Assembly: GCF_009914755.1 (NCBI RefSeq) | Contig: NC_060934.1 | DNA: 64,000 nt | DNA from: the human T2T-CHM13v2.0 reference genome, Homo sapiens | Direction: 5' to 3' (one strand) | Part shown: piece by piece, positions 41,747 through 57,900 of the stretch | How the letters are laid out: each line of letters begins with the position of its first letter | How positions within the stretch are numbered: the stretch's first letter is position 1 | Made by a program: the position numbers and the translations under genes | The notes under the pieces: model-generated | The model's input: the letters and a program-made list of their open reading frames with translations, nothing else | Told to the model about the DNA's origin: nothing | Database searches by the model: none

Positions 41747-44700
41747 CAACTTCTTAAATCAATCATTCCATTTGTTAAAGAAAATTCATATTTTTATTGA
41801 AGACATTCCTGGAGTCCTGTGATTTGTATAAGTCGCTTTAGGTCTTTTGCAGAACAACTATCATGGACATCTTTTCAAATTATTGACCTTTTGGATTAGT
41901 TCAACAACTGTGTGTTGGATGCAAGCCTTCTTATTTCTAAAATTCTTCCTCTTCTTTTTCTTTTTTTCACCCTATGGAACACTCAAACACATTTTTCAGA
42001 CAGGATATGTAGAATTTATAATTTCTAAGTCTTCCCGTGCCAGAAAATGTCTTCTAACTGTTAGTCAGAATACAGAAGTATAGGTTCAAAGTCATTTTGC
42101 CCTCAGAATTTTAAACACATTGTTATATTGTTTTTAGCATTCATTGTTGCTTATGAAAACTTTGATGTAACCTGATTTATTATACCTTTGTAGGTAATAT
42201 TTTCTCCTTATGGAAACTTTTAATATCTTTTCTTTTTCCTTGGGGTTCTGAATATTCATGATGATGTGCTTAGATGTGATTCATTTTATTGATTACACTT
42301 GCCATTTAGTGGGCCCTTTTAGACTTTTTCACTCAGAAACTTTCTTTTATGATTACATAAATTATTTTCTGCTATCCAGTTTCTCTTTCTGTAACTCCTA
42401 CAGTTGAATATTTGACTTTCTGGATAGATTTCTATATTTCTTAACTTTTCTTTCATTTTCTCCTTTAAAAAAAAAACTTCTGAGAGATTTTATTCTTTTC
42501 TTTTTTTGTTATTTTGAAATAGTTTTCCTTTGGCAATTTCTCTTAATGTTCATGAACCCTTTTTTTGCTCTCGGATTATTTTTCATAGTTGTCTGTTCAT
42601 TTTCTTAAATCTCTTTGAGGATCTTAATTTAAATATCTATAAAGTCTCTTTTGTTCCCTGAATTATTGTTGTTCCAACTTCAGTTGTTTTGCTTGTTTAT
42701 GTCTGTTCTCCTTTATGCCACCAGTTCTGCTAAATATGATCCTTAGTTGGTCATTATTTTTATGATTGAAGGACTAGGTTAAATTGTAAAGTTAGGTGGG
42801 ACGTATCTTGTGACACATGTGCAGGCCTTGTTCCTCAACAGATCTCTGCCTTGACTATTGGGCTTCTTTCCCCTTAGGAAGCTAGACAAAGAAGCTGGCA
42901 GTCTCTGCCCCACCCTGGACCTTTACTCTAGGAGAACTAATAACCATTCTAGAAACTTTCACTCTTCCCAGAAATGTCTTTCAATCTCTGCAGAAGAGTT
43001 CTTGATTTTTTGCTTGGGAAAAAATGCCATCACTGTGCTGTAGGGAGGGGATGTGGCAACTCATGTATCTGTTTAGAAGTAAGTCCTTCATTTAATCACC
43101 TTGATGCCTGCTTTAGTTTCCACTCACACTCCTGATGCCTGCCAACTATGGTCTTAACACAAGCTGTCCTGCATGAGCATTTTCGACCTGTGCTCCAGGC
43201 TTCTGCTAAGCATAGCCTTAGCTGCCACCCCTCCCTGGCTTATCATCACGATCCTGGAGAATTCTTTCAAATCTCTGGTCAGGTACTTCTCCTCACTGTA
43301 CTTGCTCCCTCTTGTACGTACTTCCTGTCATTACAGTTGGATGTGGAGGGAGGAGGTAGAGAAACATATGATCTGTTCACTATTTTAAACAAGAACGTGA
43401 ACCTAGGCCCTCTGACCAGTCTTCTTACCCTTATACTTAGGATATGAATATCACATTCGCCCTTTTACTTATTACCTGTGTCTTTAGGTAGAAGCCATCT
43501 CACCTCTTTGTGTCCCAAATTTCTTACTATTATTTAGGGAGAATAATACTGACCATATGTAGTTGTAATATAAATTGAGGAGAATAGTATCAGTCATATA
43601 CAGTTTCAATGAGGATGTTTTAAGGGTGTCTAGCATAATGTCTATTAGGATCTAGAAAAAAATCTAAAATTTAAAAGTCTGTGTAAATTATCAGCTTTGT
43701 AATTTGACTTTAAGATCCGTATGAATAAGATCCAGCATAAAAAAGAGTATTTAAATTTAAGAAGTTATTAACAAAGAAGATATATCTTTGCTTGAAAATT
43801 AAAGTAAAATCTTAACACAATTGGCATGTTTAATTAAATCACTAGATCTCAAGGTATGAGACAGCCATTGTATATTTTAAGGCAGATTACAGTGTTCACA
43901 TACATTTTCTTTCTCTGACAGAACATGCTTTGTTCTTATTTCTTCTTCCCTGGCAATGCAAAAAAATATAACTTTGGACATGTTATGAAACTTTAATGAA
44001 TCTAATTTTCTTCATCTATAAAGTGAGAAAAGTGTTTCCTCCTCTCTCTCTCCTAGGACTCTTTGAATTAAACAAGTCAATAATAGAAGTGACCTCCTTG
44101 CACTGGGTTCCCTGACAAGAAATTGTCTCATCCTATTCAGAAATGGTCATATCCAAAGAGGTTCTTTAAAGAACCCTGTGGATGTGTTTGATAAAATTGC
44201 AGCTAAACATGATTATAGTGAAGGAAAACCACAAAAATGAGATGTTGGTCTGCTACCTTTGCAAAAAACAGCAGACTCAAGATATATTTTTCAGGGGAAC
44301 AGTCACCTATTATCAGATTTTGAACCTTAGCAATTTTAAGAGATGTGCTGCATTTAACCTGCAGAAGCCCCAAAACACAAGAATTGTATTTGTGGGTAGA
44401 GGATAGATATTCCATGCTGATTGAGCTTACTTCATTATATATTTATTGACTTTATCAAACTTATATTTTGCAACATAAAACATACAGACCTTCCCAAGGA
44501 AGCCTTGACCTGATTGCCAGAAAGACTTCCAAGAACAAGAAGCCAGACAGATGGAAGACGTGAATACTATGTAAAGTTTTGGCAAGCTTCTCTGGACATG
44601 TCTGCTGCAAAGTGGTGTGGGGGAGGAGAACATTTCCTTGCTTTCAGACTTGCTGTAAAATTCTCTTATATGTTTTAGAGGGGATCAGGTCTTACAATTT

Positions 44701-45736
44701 ACATTATCACAGGACTATCAGGTCATGATTGAAATTATGGATAGTTACATTCTTGGAAAATAGATTTAAATTGTTTTCTGGCAATATTTTGGGAAGATAA
44801 CTATTATTAATGATGCTAGAGAAAAAAGACAGCTACAAATGCCTCTTAAATTTGGCCTTCTAAATAAGCAGAAAGCTATTTGATAATAGTATTCTTGTAT
44901 AACTAATGCTAATTGTTTTGTAGAATTTAAGAGGCAAAAATAAATTTATTATCTTAAGGCTGCGCAATGGGTTACCATACAGCAATGAAGGAAAAATGCT
45001 GTGACGTTGCGTTCAGTCATCAATGGGCCAAGTATGTTTGGTTGTCGGATGGTCTATGATTAGTATTAATATAACTAACAACTTAGTGCTCTGGCTATAA
45101 GTGGGGTTTAGATAGGTTCTATTGAGGGTTTGGTTGAAGTCTGACATCATGATGACAAGGCAGCTTCTACTATTATGCAACTGACATTTTCATCCTTGTT
45201 ATTTGCTATAAGAGAGCATGTTAAAATATTTCTAATCAGGTTGCCAATATTTAGAGAATTCGCTTTAAGTTTTAGAAATAATCATTTGCTTTCCTGCCCT
45301 GACTGTATCAAACATGCTTGGTTGAATAGATGGTAGAGATCCACTTTGGGCTCAAATAAAGTTTTTGTTTTTTTTTTGCTTTTATTATAGGTTCATGGTT
45401 ACATGTACAGGTCTGTTATGTAAGTAAATTGCATGCCACAGGGGTTTGGTGTAAAGATTATTTTCTTACCCAAGTAATAAGCAGATTATTTTGTTACCCA
45501 AGTAATAAGCATAGTACCTGATAGGTAGTTTTTCATTCCTCTCCCTTCTACTCATCACTCTCAAGTAGCCCTGGTATCTGTTGTTCCCTTATTTGCATCC
45601 ATGTGTTCTCAATGTTTAGTTCTACTTATAAGTGAGAATATGCATTATTTGGTCTTCTGTTCCTGCATTAGTTAATGGCCTCCAGCTCCATCCATGTTGC
45701 TGCAAAGAACATAGCCTCATTCTTTTTTATGGCTGC

Positions 45737-46094
45737 TGATATGGTTGGGCTCTGTTTTTGCACCCAAATCTCATCTTGAATTGTAATCTCCAGCGTCCAG
45801 GGAGGGACCTAGTGGGAGATGATTGGATCATGGGGGCAATTCCCCCATGCTGTTCTCATGATAGTGAGTAAGTTCTCATGAGATCTGATGGTTTAACAGT
45901 GTTTGGCAGTTTCTCCACTCTCTCTCTTGCCCCCATGGAAGACCTGCCTTGTTTCCCCTTCTGCATGGCCTTCTACCATGATTGTAAGTTTCCTGAGGCC
46001 GCCTCAGCCATGCAGAACAGTGAGTCAATTAAGCCTCTTAAAATTGCCCAGTCTTGGGTATTTCTTTATAACAGTGTGAAAACAGACTAATATA
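45737..46094 (+). mobile_element. MSTA-like MaLR solo LTR
   Basis: TGATATGGTT...GACTAATATA; perfect 5-bp TSD GCTGC. Confidence 0.88.
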
Positions 46095-48499
46095 GCTGCA
46101 CAGTATTCCATGGTGTATATGTATGACATTTTCTTTATCCAATCTACTGTTGATGGGCACTTAGGTTGATTCTATGTCTTTGCTATTGTGAATAGTGCTG
46201 CAGTGAACATATGTATGCATGTGTCTTTATGGTACAATGATTTACATTTCTTTAGGTATATTCCCAATAATGGGACTGCTTGGTCAAATGGCATTTTTGT
46301 TTTAAGTGTTTTGAGAAATCGCCATGCTGCTTTCCACAATGACTGGACTAATTTACATTCCCACCAATAGTGTATAAGTGTTCTTTTTTCTCAGCAATCT
46401 TGCCAGTATCTGTTGTATTTTGACTTTTTAATAACAGCCATTCTGACTGGTGTGAGATGGTATCATTGTGGTTTTGATTTGTATTTCTCTAATGATTAGC
46501 GATGTTGAGCATTTTTTTCATGTGCTCATTAGCCATGTATTTATCTTCTTTTGAAAAGTGTCTGTTCGTGTCCTTTGGCCACTTTTTAATAAGGTTGTCT
46601 GTTTTTTGCTTGTAAATGTGCTTAAGTTCCTTATAGATTCTGGATATTAGACCTTTGTCAGATACATAGTTTGCAAATATTTTCTCCCATTCTGTGGGGT
46701 GTCTGTTTGCTCTGTGGATAGTTTCTTTTGCTGTGCAGAAGCTCTTTAATTAGGTTCCATTTGTCAATTTTTGTTTTTGTTGCAATTACTCTTGTCTTCA
46801 TCATGAAATCCTTGCCTATATCCAGAATGATATTTCCTGGGTCATCTTCCAGGGTTTTTATAGTCTTAGGTTTTACAAGTCTTTACTGATCTTGAATTGA
46901 TTTTTGTATATGGTGTAAGAAAGGTGTCCAGTGTTAAAAATCTTCTGCATATTGCTAGCCAGTTATCTCAGCACCATTTATTAAATAGGAAGTCCTTTCC
47001 CCATTGCTTGCTTTTGTCAAAGATCAGATGGTTGTAGGTATGTGGCATTATTTCTGGACTCCCTATTCTGTTCCATAGATCTATGTATCTGTTTTTTGTT
47101 TTGTTTTTTTTTTTTTTTTTTTCAGTACCATGCTGTTTTGGTTACTGTAGCCAAGTATTGTTTGAAGTCAGGTAATGTGATACATCCAGCTTTGTTCTTT
47201 TTCTTAGGATTGCCTTGGATATTTGGGCTCTTTTGTGGTTCCATATGAATTTTAAAACCTTCTAATTCTATGAATAATGTCATTGGTAGTTTGATAGAAC
47301 TAGCACTGAATCCGTAAATTGCTTTGGGAAGTATGACCATTTTAACAATATTGATTCTTCCTATCCATGAGCATGGAATATTTTTCCATTTTTTGTGTCA
47401 TCTCTGATTTATTTGAGCCATGTTTTGTAATTCTCATTGTAGAGACCATTTACCTCCCTGGTTAGGTGTATTCCTAGGTATTTTATTCTTTTTGTGGGAA
47501 TTGTGAATGGGATAGTGTTTCTGATTTGGGTCTTGACTTAGATGTTATTAGTGTATAGGAATATTAGGTTTTTGTGCATTGATTTTGTATCTTGAAACTT
47601 TGAAGTTGTTTCTCAGTTCTAGGAGCTTTTGGGCAGAGATTACAGAGTTTTCTGGGTATAATATCATACCATCTGTAAACAGAGATAGTTTCACTTCCTC
47701 TCTTCCTATTTGGATGTCTTTTATTTCTTTCTCTTGCCTGACTGCTCTGGCCAGCAATTCTAGTACTATGTTGAATAGCAGTGTTGTGAGTGGGCATCTT
47801 TGTCTTGTTCTCAAGGGGAATTCTGCCAGTTTTTGCCTATTCAGTATGTCGGCTGTGTCATACATGGCACTTATTTTGAGGTATGTTCCTTCAATGCCTA
47901 GTTTGTTGAGGGTTTTTAACAAAGGAATGTTGAATTTTACTGAAAGCTTTTTCTGCCTCTATTGAGATGATCCTGTTTTTTTTTAATTCTGTTTATATGG
48001 TGAATCACATTTATTAATTTGTGTATGCTGAACTAACCTTGCAACCCAGGGAGAAAGCCTCCTTGATCATGATAGATGAGCTTCTTGATATGCTGCTGGA
48101 TTTGGTTTGCTAGTATTTTGTTGAGGATTGTTGCATATATGTTCATCAAATATACTGGCCTGAAGATTTTTTTGTGTGTGCCTCTGCCAGGTTTTGGAAT
48201 CAGAATGATGCTGGCCTTATAGAATGACTTATGGAGGAGTCCTTCCCTCTCAATTTTCTGGAATAGTTTCAGTAGGAATGGTATTATATTAGCTCTTCAT
48301 TTTATACATCTGATAGAATTTGGCTGTGAATTTTTCTGGTCCTGGGCTTTTTCTGTTTGGTAGGCTTTTTATACTTTTTACTTCTATACTTTTTATACTG
48401 ATTTAATTTCAGAATTTGTTATTGGTCTGTTCAGGGATTCAGTTTCTTCCTGGTTAAATACTGGGAGGCTGTATGTCTCTAGGAATTTATCCATTTTTT

Positions 48500-50986
48500 T
48501 TTATACTTTAAGTTCTAGGGTACATGTGCACAACATGCAGGTTTGTTACACATATATATATATGTGCCATGTTGGTGTGCTACACCCATTAACTCGTCAT
48601 TTACATTAGGTATTTCCCCTAATGCTATCTCTACCCACTCCCGCCACCCCACAACAGGCCCTGGTGTGTGATGTTCCCCTTCCTGTGTCCAAGTGTTCTC
48701 ATTGTTCAATTCCCACCTATGAGTGAGAACATGCAGTGTTTGGTTTTTCTGTCCTTGTGACAGTTTGCTCAGAACGATGGTTTCCAGCTTCATCCATGTC
48801 CCTACAAAGGACATGAATTCATCCTTTTTTATGGCTGCATAGTATTTCCTGGTGTATATGTGCCACGTATTCTTAATCCAGTCTATCATTGTTGGACATT
48901 TGGATTGGTTCCAAGTCTTTGCTATTGTGAATAGTGCTGCAATAAACATACGTGTGCATGTGCCTTTATAGCAGCATGATGTATAATCCTTTGGGCATAT
49001 ACCCAGTAATGGGATTGCTGGGTCAAATGGTATTTCTAGTTCTAGATCCTTGAGGAATCACCACACTGTCTTCCACAATGGTTGAACTAATTTACACTCC
49101 CACCAACAGTGTAAAAGTGTCCCTATTTCTCCGTGTCCTCTCCAGCACCTGTTGTTTCCTGACTTTTTAATGATTGCCATTCTAACTGGTGTGAGATGGT
49201 ATCTCATTGTGGTTTTGATCTGCATTTCTCTGATGGCCAGTGATGGTGAGCATTTTTTCATGTGTCTGTTGACTGCATAAATGTCTTCTTTTGAGAAGTG
49301 TCTGTTCATATCCTTTGCCCACTTTTTGATGGGGTTTGATTTTTTTCTTGCAAATTTGTTTAGGTTCTTTGTAGATTCTGGATATTAGCCCTTTGTCAGA
49401 TGGGTAGATTGCAAACATTTACTCCCATTCTGTAGGTTGCCTGTTCACTCTGATGGTAGTTTCTTTTGCTGTGCAGAAGCTCTTTAGTTTAATTAGATCC
49501 CATTTGTCAATTCTGGCTTTTGTTGCTATTGCTTTTGGTGTTTTAGTCGTGAAGTCCTTGCCCATGCCTATTTCCTGAATGGCATTGCCTAGGTTTTCTT
49601 CAAGGGTTTTTATGGTTTTAGGTCTAACATTTAAGTCTTTAATCCATCTCGAATTAATTTTTGTATAAGGTGTAAGGAAGGGATCCAGTTTCAGCTTTCT
49701 ACATATGGCTAGCCAGTTTTCCCAGCACCATTTATTAAATAGGGACTCCTTTCCCCATTGCTTGTTTTTGTCAGGTTTGTCAAAGATCAGATGGTTGTAG
49801 ATGTGTGGTATTATTTCTGAGGGCTCTGTTCTGTTCCATTGGTGTATATCTGTGTTTTGGTACCAGTACCATGCTGTTTTTGGTTACTGTAGCCTTGTAG
49901 TATAGTTTGAAGTCAGGTAGTGTGATGCCTCCAGCTTTGTTCTTTTGGCTTAGGATTGTCTTGGTAATGCAGGCTCTTTTTTTTGGTTCCATATGAACTT
50001 TAAAGTAGTTTTTTTTCAAATTCTGTGAAGAAAGTCATTGGTAGCTTGATGGGGATGGCACTGAATCTATAAATTACCTTGGGCAGTTTGGCCATTTTCA
50101 CAATATTGATTCTTCCTATCCATGAGCATGGAATGTTCTTCCATTTGTTTGTATCCTCTTTTATTTCATTGAGCAGTGGTTTGTACTTCTCCTTGAAGAG
50201 GGCCTTCACGTCCCTTGTAAGTGGGATTCCTAGGTATTTTATTCTTTTTAGCAATTGTGAATGGGAGTTCACTCATGATTTGGCTGTTTGTCTCTTATTG
50301 GTATATAGGAATGCTTGTGATTTTTGCACATTGATTTTGTATCCTGAGACTTTGCTGAAGTTGCTTATCAGTTTAAGGAGATTTTGGGCTGAGACAATGG
50401 GGTTTTCTAAATATACAATCATGTCATCTGCAAACAAAGACAATTTGACTTCTGCTTTTCCTAATTGAATACCCTTTATTTCTTTCTCCTGCCTGATTGC
50501 CCTGGCCAGAACTTCTAACACTACGTTGAATAGGAGTGTTGAGAGAAAGCATCCCTGTCTTGTGCCAGTTTTCAAAGGGAAAGCTTCCAGTTTTTGCCCA
50601 TTCAGTATGATATTGGCTGTGGGTTTGTCATAAATAGCTCTTATTATTTTGAGAGATGTTCTATCAATACCTAGTTTATTGAGAGTTTTTAGCATGAAGA
50701 GCTGTTGAATTTTGTCAAAGGCCTTTTCTGCATCTATTGAGATAATTATGTGGTTTCTGTTTTGGTTCTGTTTATATGCTGGATTGCATTTATTGATTTG
50801 TGTATGTTGAGCCAGGCTTGCATCCCAGGGTTGAAGCCCACTTGATCATGGTGGATAAGCTTTTTGATGTCCTGTTGGATTCGGTTTGCCAGTATTTTAT
50901 TGAGGATTTTTGCATCGATGTTCTTCAGGGATATTGGTCTAAAATTCTCTTTTTTTGTTGTGTCTCTGTCAGGCTTTGGTATCAGA
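48500..50986 (-). mobile_element. 5'-truncated L1PA (about PA5), ~2.5 kb
   Basis: Minus ORFs 50273-50695 (LFADD RT core), 50000-50272 and others; TSD ATCCATTTTTT at 48489 and 50987. Confidence 0.93.
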
Positions 50987-51102
50987 ATCCATTTTTTAAA
51001 AAATAAGTTTCCTAGTTTGTGTGCACAGAGGTGTTCAAAGTAGTCTCTGAGGGTTTTTTTTTTTTTTTTTTGTCATTTCGGTGGGGTCGGTGGTAATGTC
51101 CC

Positions 51103-51467
51103 TGATATGGTTTGGCTGTGTCCCCAACCAAATCTCATCTTGAATTGTAGCTCCCATAATTCCCACATGTTGTGGGAGGGACCCAGTGGGAGATAATTGA
51201 ATCATGGGGGTGGCTTCCCCCATACTGTTCTTATGCTAGTGAATAAGTCTCATGAGACCTGATGATTTTATAAGGGGAAACCCCTTTCACTTAGTTCTCA
51301 TTCTCTCTCTTGCCTGCCACCAATATAAAACTTGCATTTCATCTTCCACTATGATTGTGAGGCCTCCCCAGCCATGTGGAACTGTGAGTCTATTAAACCT
51401 CTTTTTCTTTATAAATTACCAAGTTTCAGGTATGTCTTTATCAGCAGCATGAAAATGGACTAATACA
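51103..51467 (+). mobile_element. THE1 (B/C-like) solo LTR
   Basis: TGATATGGTTTGGCTGTGTCCCC...GGACTAATACA; perfect TSD GTCCC. Confidence 0.9.
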
Positions 51468-52103
51468 GTCCCCTTTGTCATTTCTAATTGTGTTTATTTG
51501 GATCTTCTCTTTTTTTTTTTTTATTAGTCTAAATAGTGTTCTATTTTTTTTTTTTTCCCAAAAAACCTACTCCTGGATTCATTGATCTTTTGAATAGTTT
51601 TTCATGTCTTAATTTCCTTCAGTTCAGTTCTGATTTTGGTTATTCCTTGTCTTTTAACTTTGGGGTTTGTTTGCTCTTGTTTCTGTAGTCCCTTTTTATT
51701 TTTCTTTTTTCTTTTTATGCAATCTCTAGTTCCTTTATGTGTGATGTTCGGCTGTTAATTTGAGATCCTTCTTTTTTGGTGTGGGCAGTTAGCACTATAA
51801 AGGTTCCTCTTAACACTGCTTTAGCTGTATCCCAGAGATCCTGTTATGTTGCATCTTTGTTTTCATTAATTTTAAAGAATTTCTTGATGTCTGCCCTAAT
51901 GTCATTGTTTTACCAAAAGCTATTCAGAAGTTCAGAAGCAGGTTGTTTGCTTTCCATGTAATTGTGTAGGCTTGAGCAATTTTCTTGGTATTAATTTCTC
52001 TTTTTCTATTGCACTGTGGTCTGAGAGTGTGTTTGGTATCATTTTAGTTTTTTTTTTAATTTGCTGAGGGTTGTTTTATGGCTGATTCTTTAGATGATTT
52101 TAG

Positions 52104-52520
<417 letters not shown>

Positions 52521-53063
52521 CAGATATGGGTTCTTAAATATCCAGAGTTTTAAGAAATAGTTGATTAAATATAAGAACAACCCATTTAATTGGTAGAAGA
52601 GAAAAAGTCTGGAAGACTATGAAATCTGTTACTCTAAAGGACTTTCAAGCAGTGAAATAATTATTTTTCTAGTTTTAAAGTTTAACTTTTTTCTATTATA
52701 AAAATATTTATTCACTTGGAAATTATAAAAAATAATGATCAACCAAAAGAAAAACAATTCTAATCACCCACAATCTTAATGCTCAGAGTTAATAATTGAT
52801 AACATTTTGATATATATCTTTGTTGTAAAACATATATGTTAAATATTTTTCCTGTTTTCTAATAAATGTACACCAAATATCTTACACTGTGTTTTGACTT
52901 ATATTTCACAATTCTTTAAATATACTTCTGTAGCACTATTCTTACTGGCTGCCTATTATGTACATGTATTCAAGGTTTACTAGACATGCAGCTTTGATTT
53001 CTGATGGTTAAATAATTTACTTGCCAGAAGGTAGGGTGATTGACAGGTGATTTTTAAAGGTGC

Positions 53064-53508
53064 TGTGTAGATCCTACCTAGATTTTACTTGTGAGCTAAC
53101 AAGCTTATTCTTGACTATTTTATGGATGCTGCCAGAAGACGTAAGGCTCCTAGATCAGAGAGAAAGGACTTAATTATTCCAGAGTTTCAAGTCTGTCTGT
53201 GTCAGTTCCCACTTTTGCCCAAGTCCCACGGGGGAAATGCAAAGAGCCCATAATGGATACTTGCACATGAATGGGTTGCATTATAGGAGGAGAATTATGA
53301 ACTCAGAGATTCACTGCCTTTACATTAAGCAGAAGGAAATCTGCTCTTTGTCTGGGGGGAGACATTACCTCATCCCTTGAGGCTGATCGCTGCAAAACAC
53401 AACCCTAGAAATGGTCCAAGTGGCTAAATCAGGACTTGACATTCTTGGCATATCCAGCAAGACCATGATGGGAAGCTCAGGGCCCATGGCAGATTGCTTC
53501 TCCCAACA
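53064..53508 (-). mobile_element. ERVL solo LTR (LTR40-like)
   Basis: TG...CA ends with perfect 5-bp TSD GGTGC; minus strand starts TGTTGGGAGAAGCAATCTGCCATGGG. Confidence 0.7.
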
Positions 53509-53616
53509 GGTGCCTTTGCTATGACTCATTCATTGGTGCTTCTGGACAGATTTCTTCTCTTGCTGTGACTCTATTAATCTGTTTCCCCCCTTTTTAAACT
53601 GAATCATAAGATAGAA

Positions 53617-53957
53617 TAGTGGTCCCCAACGTTTTTGGCACAAGGGACTAGTTTTTGAGGAAGACAATTTTTCCATCGATGGTGGGGAAGGGGGATGGTT
53701 TCAGGATGAAACTGTTCCACTTCAGATCATCAGGAATTAGGGTCTCATAAAGAGCATGCAACCTAGATCCCTCGCATATGCAGTTCACAATAGTGTTTGT
53801 GCTCCTGTGAGAATCGAATGCCACCGCTGATCTGACAGGAAGTGAAGCTCAGGTGGTAATGCTCACTCACCTGCTGCTCACCTCCTGCTGTGCGGCCTGG
53901 TTCCTCACAGGACATGGACTGGTACCAGTCCATGACCAAGGGGTTGAGGGACTCCTG
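53617..53957. mobile_element. MER1B DNA transposon
   Basis: GGTCCCCAAC...GGGGTTGAGGGACTCCTG termini; similar 8-bp flanks AGATAGAA/GGATAGAG. Confidence 0.85.
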
Positions 53958-54790
53958 GGATAGAGCATAAAGTTATATTTACTACTAGGTTGACTTTATA
54001 TGATTCTACTTAAAGAATCATAAAGGTATAGCTGGCAGAACAAGCAGGTTTTGGGGTTGATTAGTGGGCTTCATGTTTTCATTTATAAGATCTTTAAGGA
54101 CTCAGATAACAATGTAAGTGCTGCCTTTCCTAATTAATATTCTCTGGTATATTGGTTAGCTGCTTTTGATATTATTTTACTCTTATGCTATCATTAACAC
54201 AATTATGTATTTTATGCCTAGTAGTTTGGTAAAGATAAAATGAGGTAATATATGTCCAAAGTTCTTTGAAAACTGGAACGACCTAAACACTTGTAGGAGT
54301 TTAAAATATAATGTTTACCACATGGTATATTCAATTGTGCAGAGCAGGGTTTATAGAATGTGTTTGCTTTGTTCATTAGTCACATGGCTTATTATTGGTC
54401 AGGGTTGGTAACCATTGTTATTTCAATTGATTTTTCACATTTTAATATGCCAATAATGATAATTTTGCATCTCTAGCAAACATACAGAGATTGTTTTTTC
54501 CTGATTTTACTTTAATTTTAGCAAATGTTGCATTTAGAAATGCAAAGTTTTGAAAAAAGAAAACTTTGTCTCAATTACCTACAGCGTTATAATTGAAAGA
54601 GAAGGAGGAAAACACTTTTTAAAAGTTGATTGACAACTAAATAAATGATGGTATTCAAGAGGCTTTTGTAAAAGAATAAACAAAATTTGCATCCTGTACA
54701 TCTTATATTGGTATATATGATATTCTTCTATCAACCATCTCATCACCAGAACCACGGTTCTCAGTATGAGATTCTTTGGTCCTATGTGAA

Positions 54791-54792
<2 letters not shown>

Positions 54793-54834
<42 letters not shown>
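54793..54834. repeat. (TG)n microsatellite
   Basis: About 21 units. Confidence 0.95.
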
Positions 54835-54837
<3 letters not shown>

Positions 54838-54959
54838 TAGAATTGAGAAGTAAAAGACCAGAGAGAAGCACTGGAACTGTGTCACATTGTGCTGGCAGCA
54901 AGAACATCTCGACATTTCCCGACCACATGGTGGCCTCTACAAACTGTCAAATTAGGTAG

Positions 54960-55425
<466 letters not shown>

Positions 55426-57081
55426 TAAATTGTATGGAATATGGTTTTCTACCTCCTTTATTCTTCTTTTTGACTACTGTTAGATCTATGTACCACTCTA
55501 TCTCTTCCTCTTATAAGACAAACCTTTAAATGATCTGTGTCTGCTTACTGGATTGCCTATTCTTGAATACCCTCATCATGGCACAATGCCACATTAGAGG
55601 GCTGAACAGAATATAGAGTAACAGTGGTAATTCAGTGCTCAATGCATTTTGAGTAAATGAATGAGTAAATTGTATCTTTACTTCTGTTTTTTTTTTTCTT
55701 CCCACTAAACCAGAATCTTTTAAAGAGTGATATCCTGTGCTTTGCATCTGCACTACCACCTAGCAAAGAGCCTTACATGTAGTAGGGACACACACACACA
55801 ATTTATTTTAAAATCTATTTTATAACTGAAAAGTGTTACAGATAAAAAGAAATGTTAGTTAACTGTTGATATTATATTTTTATTTTAATCTTTGGCTCCA
55901 AAATCCTATCTGGTTTCTGGTGTCTTGACCCCGGCTTTGTTTACTCAGTGGCTTGTGACTTAAGTTTTAATTGTGTTAGAGGAAAAGTTAGCCTTATCCT
56001 CAAATAACCTAGATTGTCTGCTTATATTTGCTAAGTAAGCAGCCACCAAGTACTTTGGTACTAAGGTCATGCCTAATTGTGGTAGATTTGCCAAATATTT
56101 TCTCTGTCGTTAAAGCCCTGGGAGAACTGTGTTCTTGGTGCTCTTGTACTTTTTGTAGTTCTGGGCTTGAGCTAAATGATAGAGATGCAGGGTGTTTTTG
56201 TGAGCAATGTTTTCTTAGTATGAGATGCACACAGATAAGGAAGACACCCATAGATGACTTCAGCTAAAACTTAAAAGTCGTGAAATTATGAATCTAGAAT
56301 CTTCAGTTACACAGTGACAGAAAGGAAATCACTCTTCTTCCATTTTCAAAAAAGTATCTTGTTTCCCTTGAACCCACCCCATTTACAACTAGCCTGTGCA
56401 GTGTATTCTTCTATTCACGTGCTATTTTGTTTGTAAATAATTTTGATTAAATAGTTGTTAGATACCTCATTATTTTGCATTTTATCCACACAAATCTGCT
56501 TTAAAAATCTCTTAATGTTGCTACATATACAACCAATCCGTTTCTCTACTGCTGAATACTGTGTGTTCTATGCCCCTTTGTGAATGAGTGAGGATTTCTT
56601 CAAATGAGAAATCCAAAAGCAGGATTTCTGAGTCATAGGGAGGGGTAAACTCAATTTCACTAAATATTGTAAGATTACTTTCTAGACAGCGTGCATCAGT
56701 TTCCAGACCCACCAGCAGGGTTCCTATAGCCTCACATTCCTGCCAATACTTGGCATTATACAGCTTTCTAAATATTTTTTTTTGCCAGTCTAACAAATGT
56801 GTAGTGATATCTCATTATTGTTTTAATTTGCATTCCTGATTACCAATGTGCTCAAGCATTTCTTCATATGCTTGTGGGCCTATTGGGTTTACTTTTTTTG
56901 TAAACTGTTTATATCCTTTGCCCACTTCCTATTATAATTGCTATATTTTGTTGACTTGCAAGAAATCTTGGTGTATTCATGACATTATATCCTTGTAAAT
57001 TTTAGACATTACAAAATCATCCAATATGTCATCTTTCAGTTAACTTTGTCCATAATGTCCTCCCTGGAAAACCAGAATTTT

Positions 57082-57390
<309 letters not shown>

Positions 57391-57462
57391 TTAAAAAATT
57401 TCTGATGTTTTTCACTTAATCAAAATTTTGCCTTGTGTTTTATGCTTTTGGGTTTTGTTTGT

Positions 57463-57900
57463 TGTCTCAGTGTGTTTTGTGCCACTATAACGATACCTGA
57501 GACTAGGTAATTTATAGAGATTAAAATCATTAGACATTTATTTGGCTCACAATAAATGATTAGAAGTTTATTTGACTCACAATTCCGGAGGCCAGGAAGT
57601 CCATTGTTGGGAGGCCACACGTGGTGAGGGTCTTGTTGCTGTGTCATCTTGTGGCAGGAGGTGAAAGGACAAAAGAGCCTACTCGTGCACAGGAAAAAGG
57701 GATGGGGGGAGCGCATGCACAAGAGGAGGCCAAATTTGCTTTTATAGCAAACCCACTCCCTTAATAACCACATTAATCCATTCATGAGGGCGGAGCCCTT
57801 ATGACCAGTCACCTCTTACAGGTCCCATCTCTTATCACCGTTGCACTGGGGATGAAGTTCCTAACACACGAACTCTGGGGGACACATTTAAGCCATAGCA
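57463..57900 (-). mobile_element. MSTC/D-like MaLR LTR
   Basis: ATACCTGAGACTAGGTAATTTATA ... GGGGACACATTTAAGCCATAGCA. Confidence 0.8.

Noticed and set aside
43920-43936. AGAACA-tgctt-TGTTCT steroid-element-like palindrome
   Set aside because: Spacer is 5 nt, not the 3 nt required for GR/AR dimers.
44160-44175. Perfect 16-bp palindrome GGTTCTTTAAAGAACC (also a 9-bp stem hairpin near 26305-26327)
   Set aside because: Short and AT-rich; about one is expected by chance in 64 kb.
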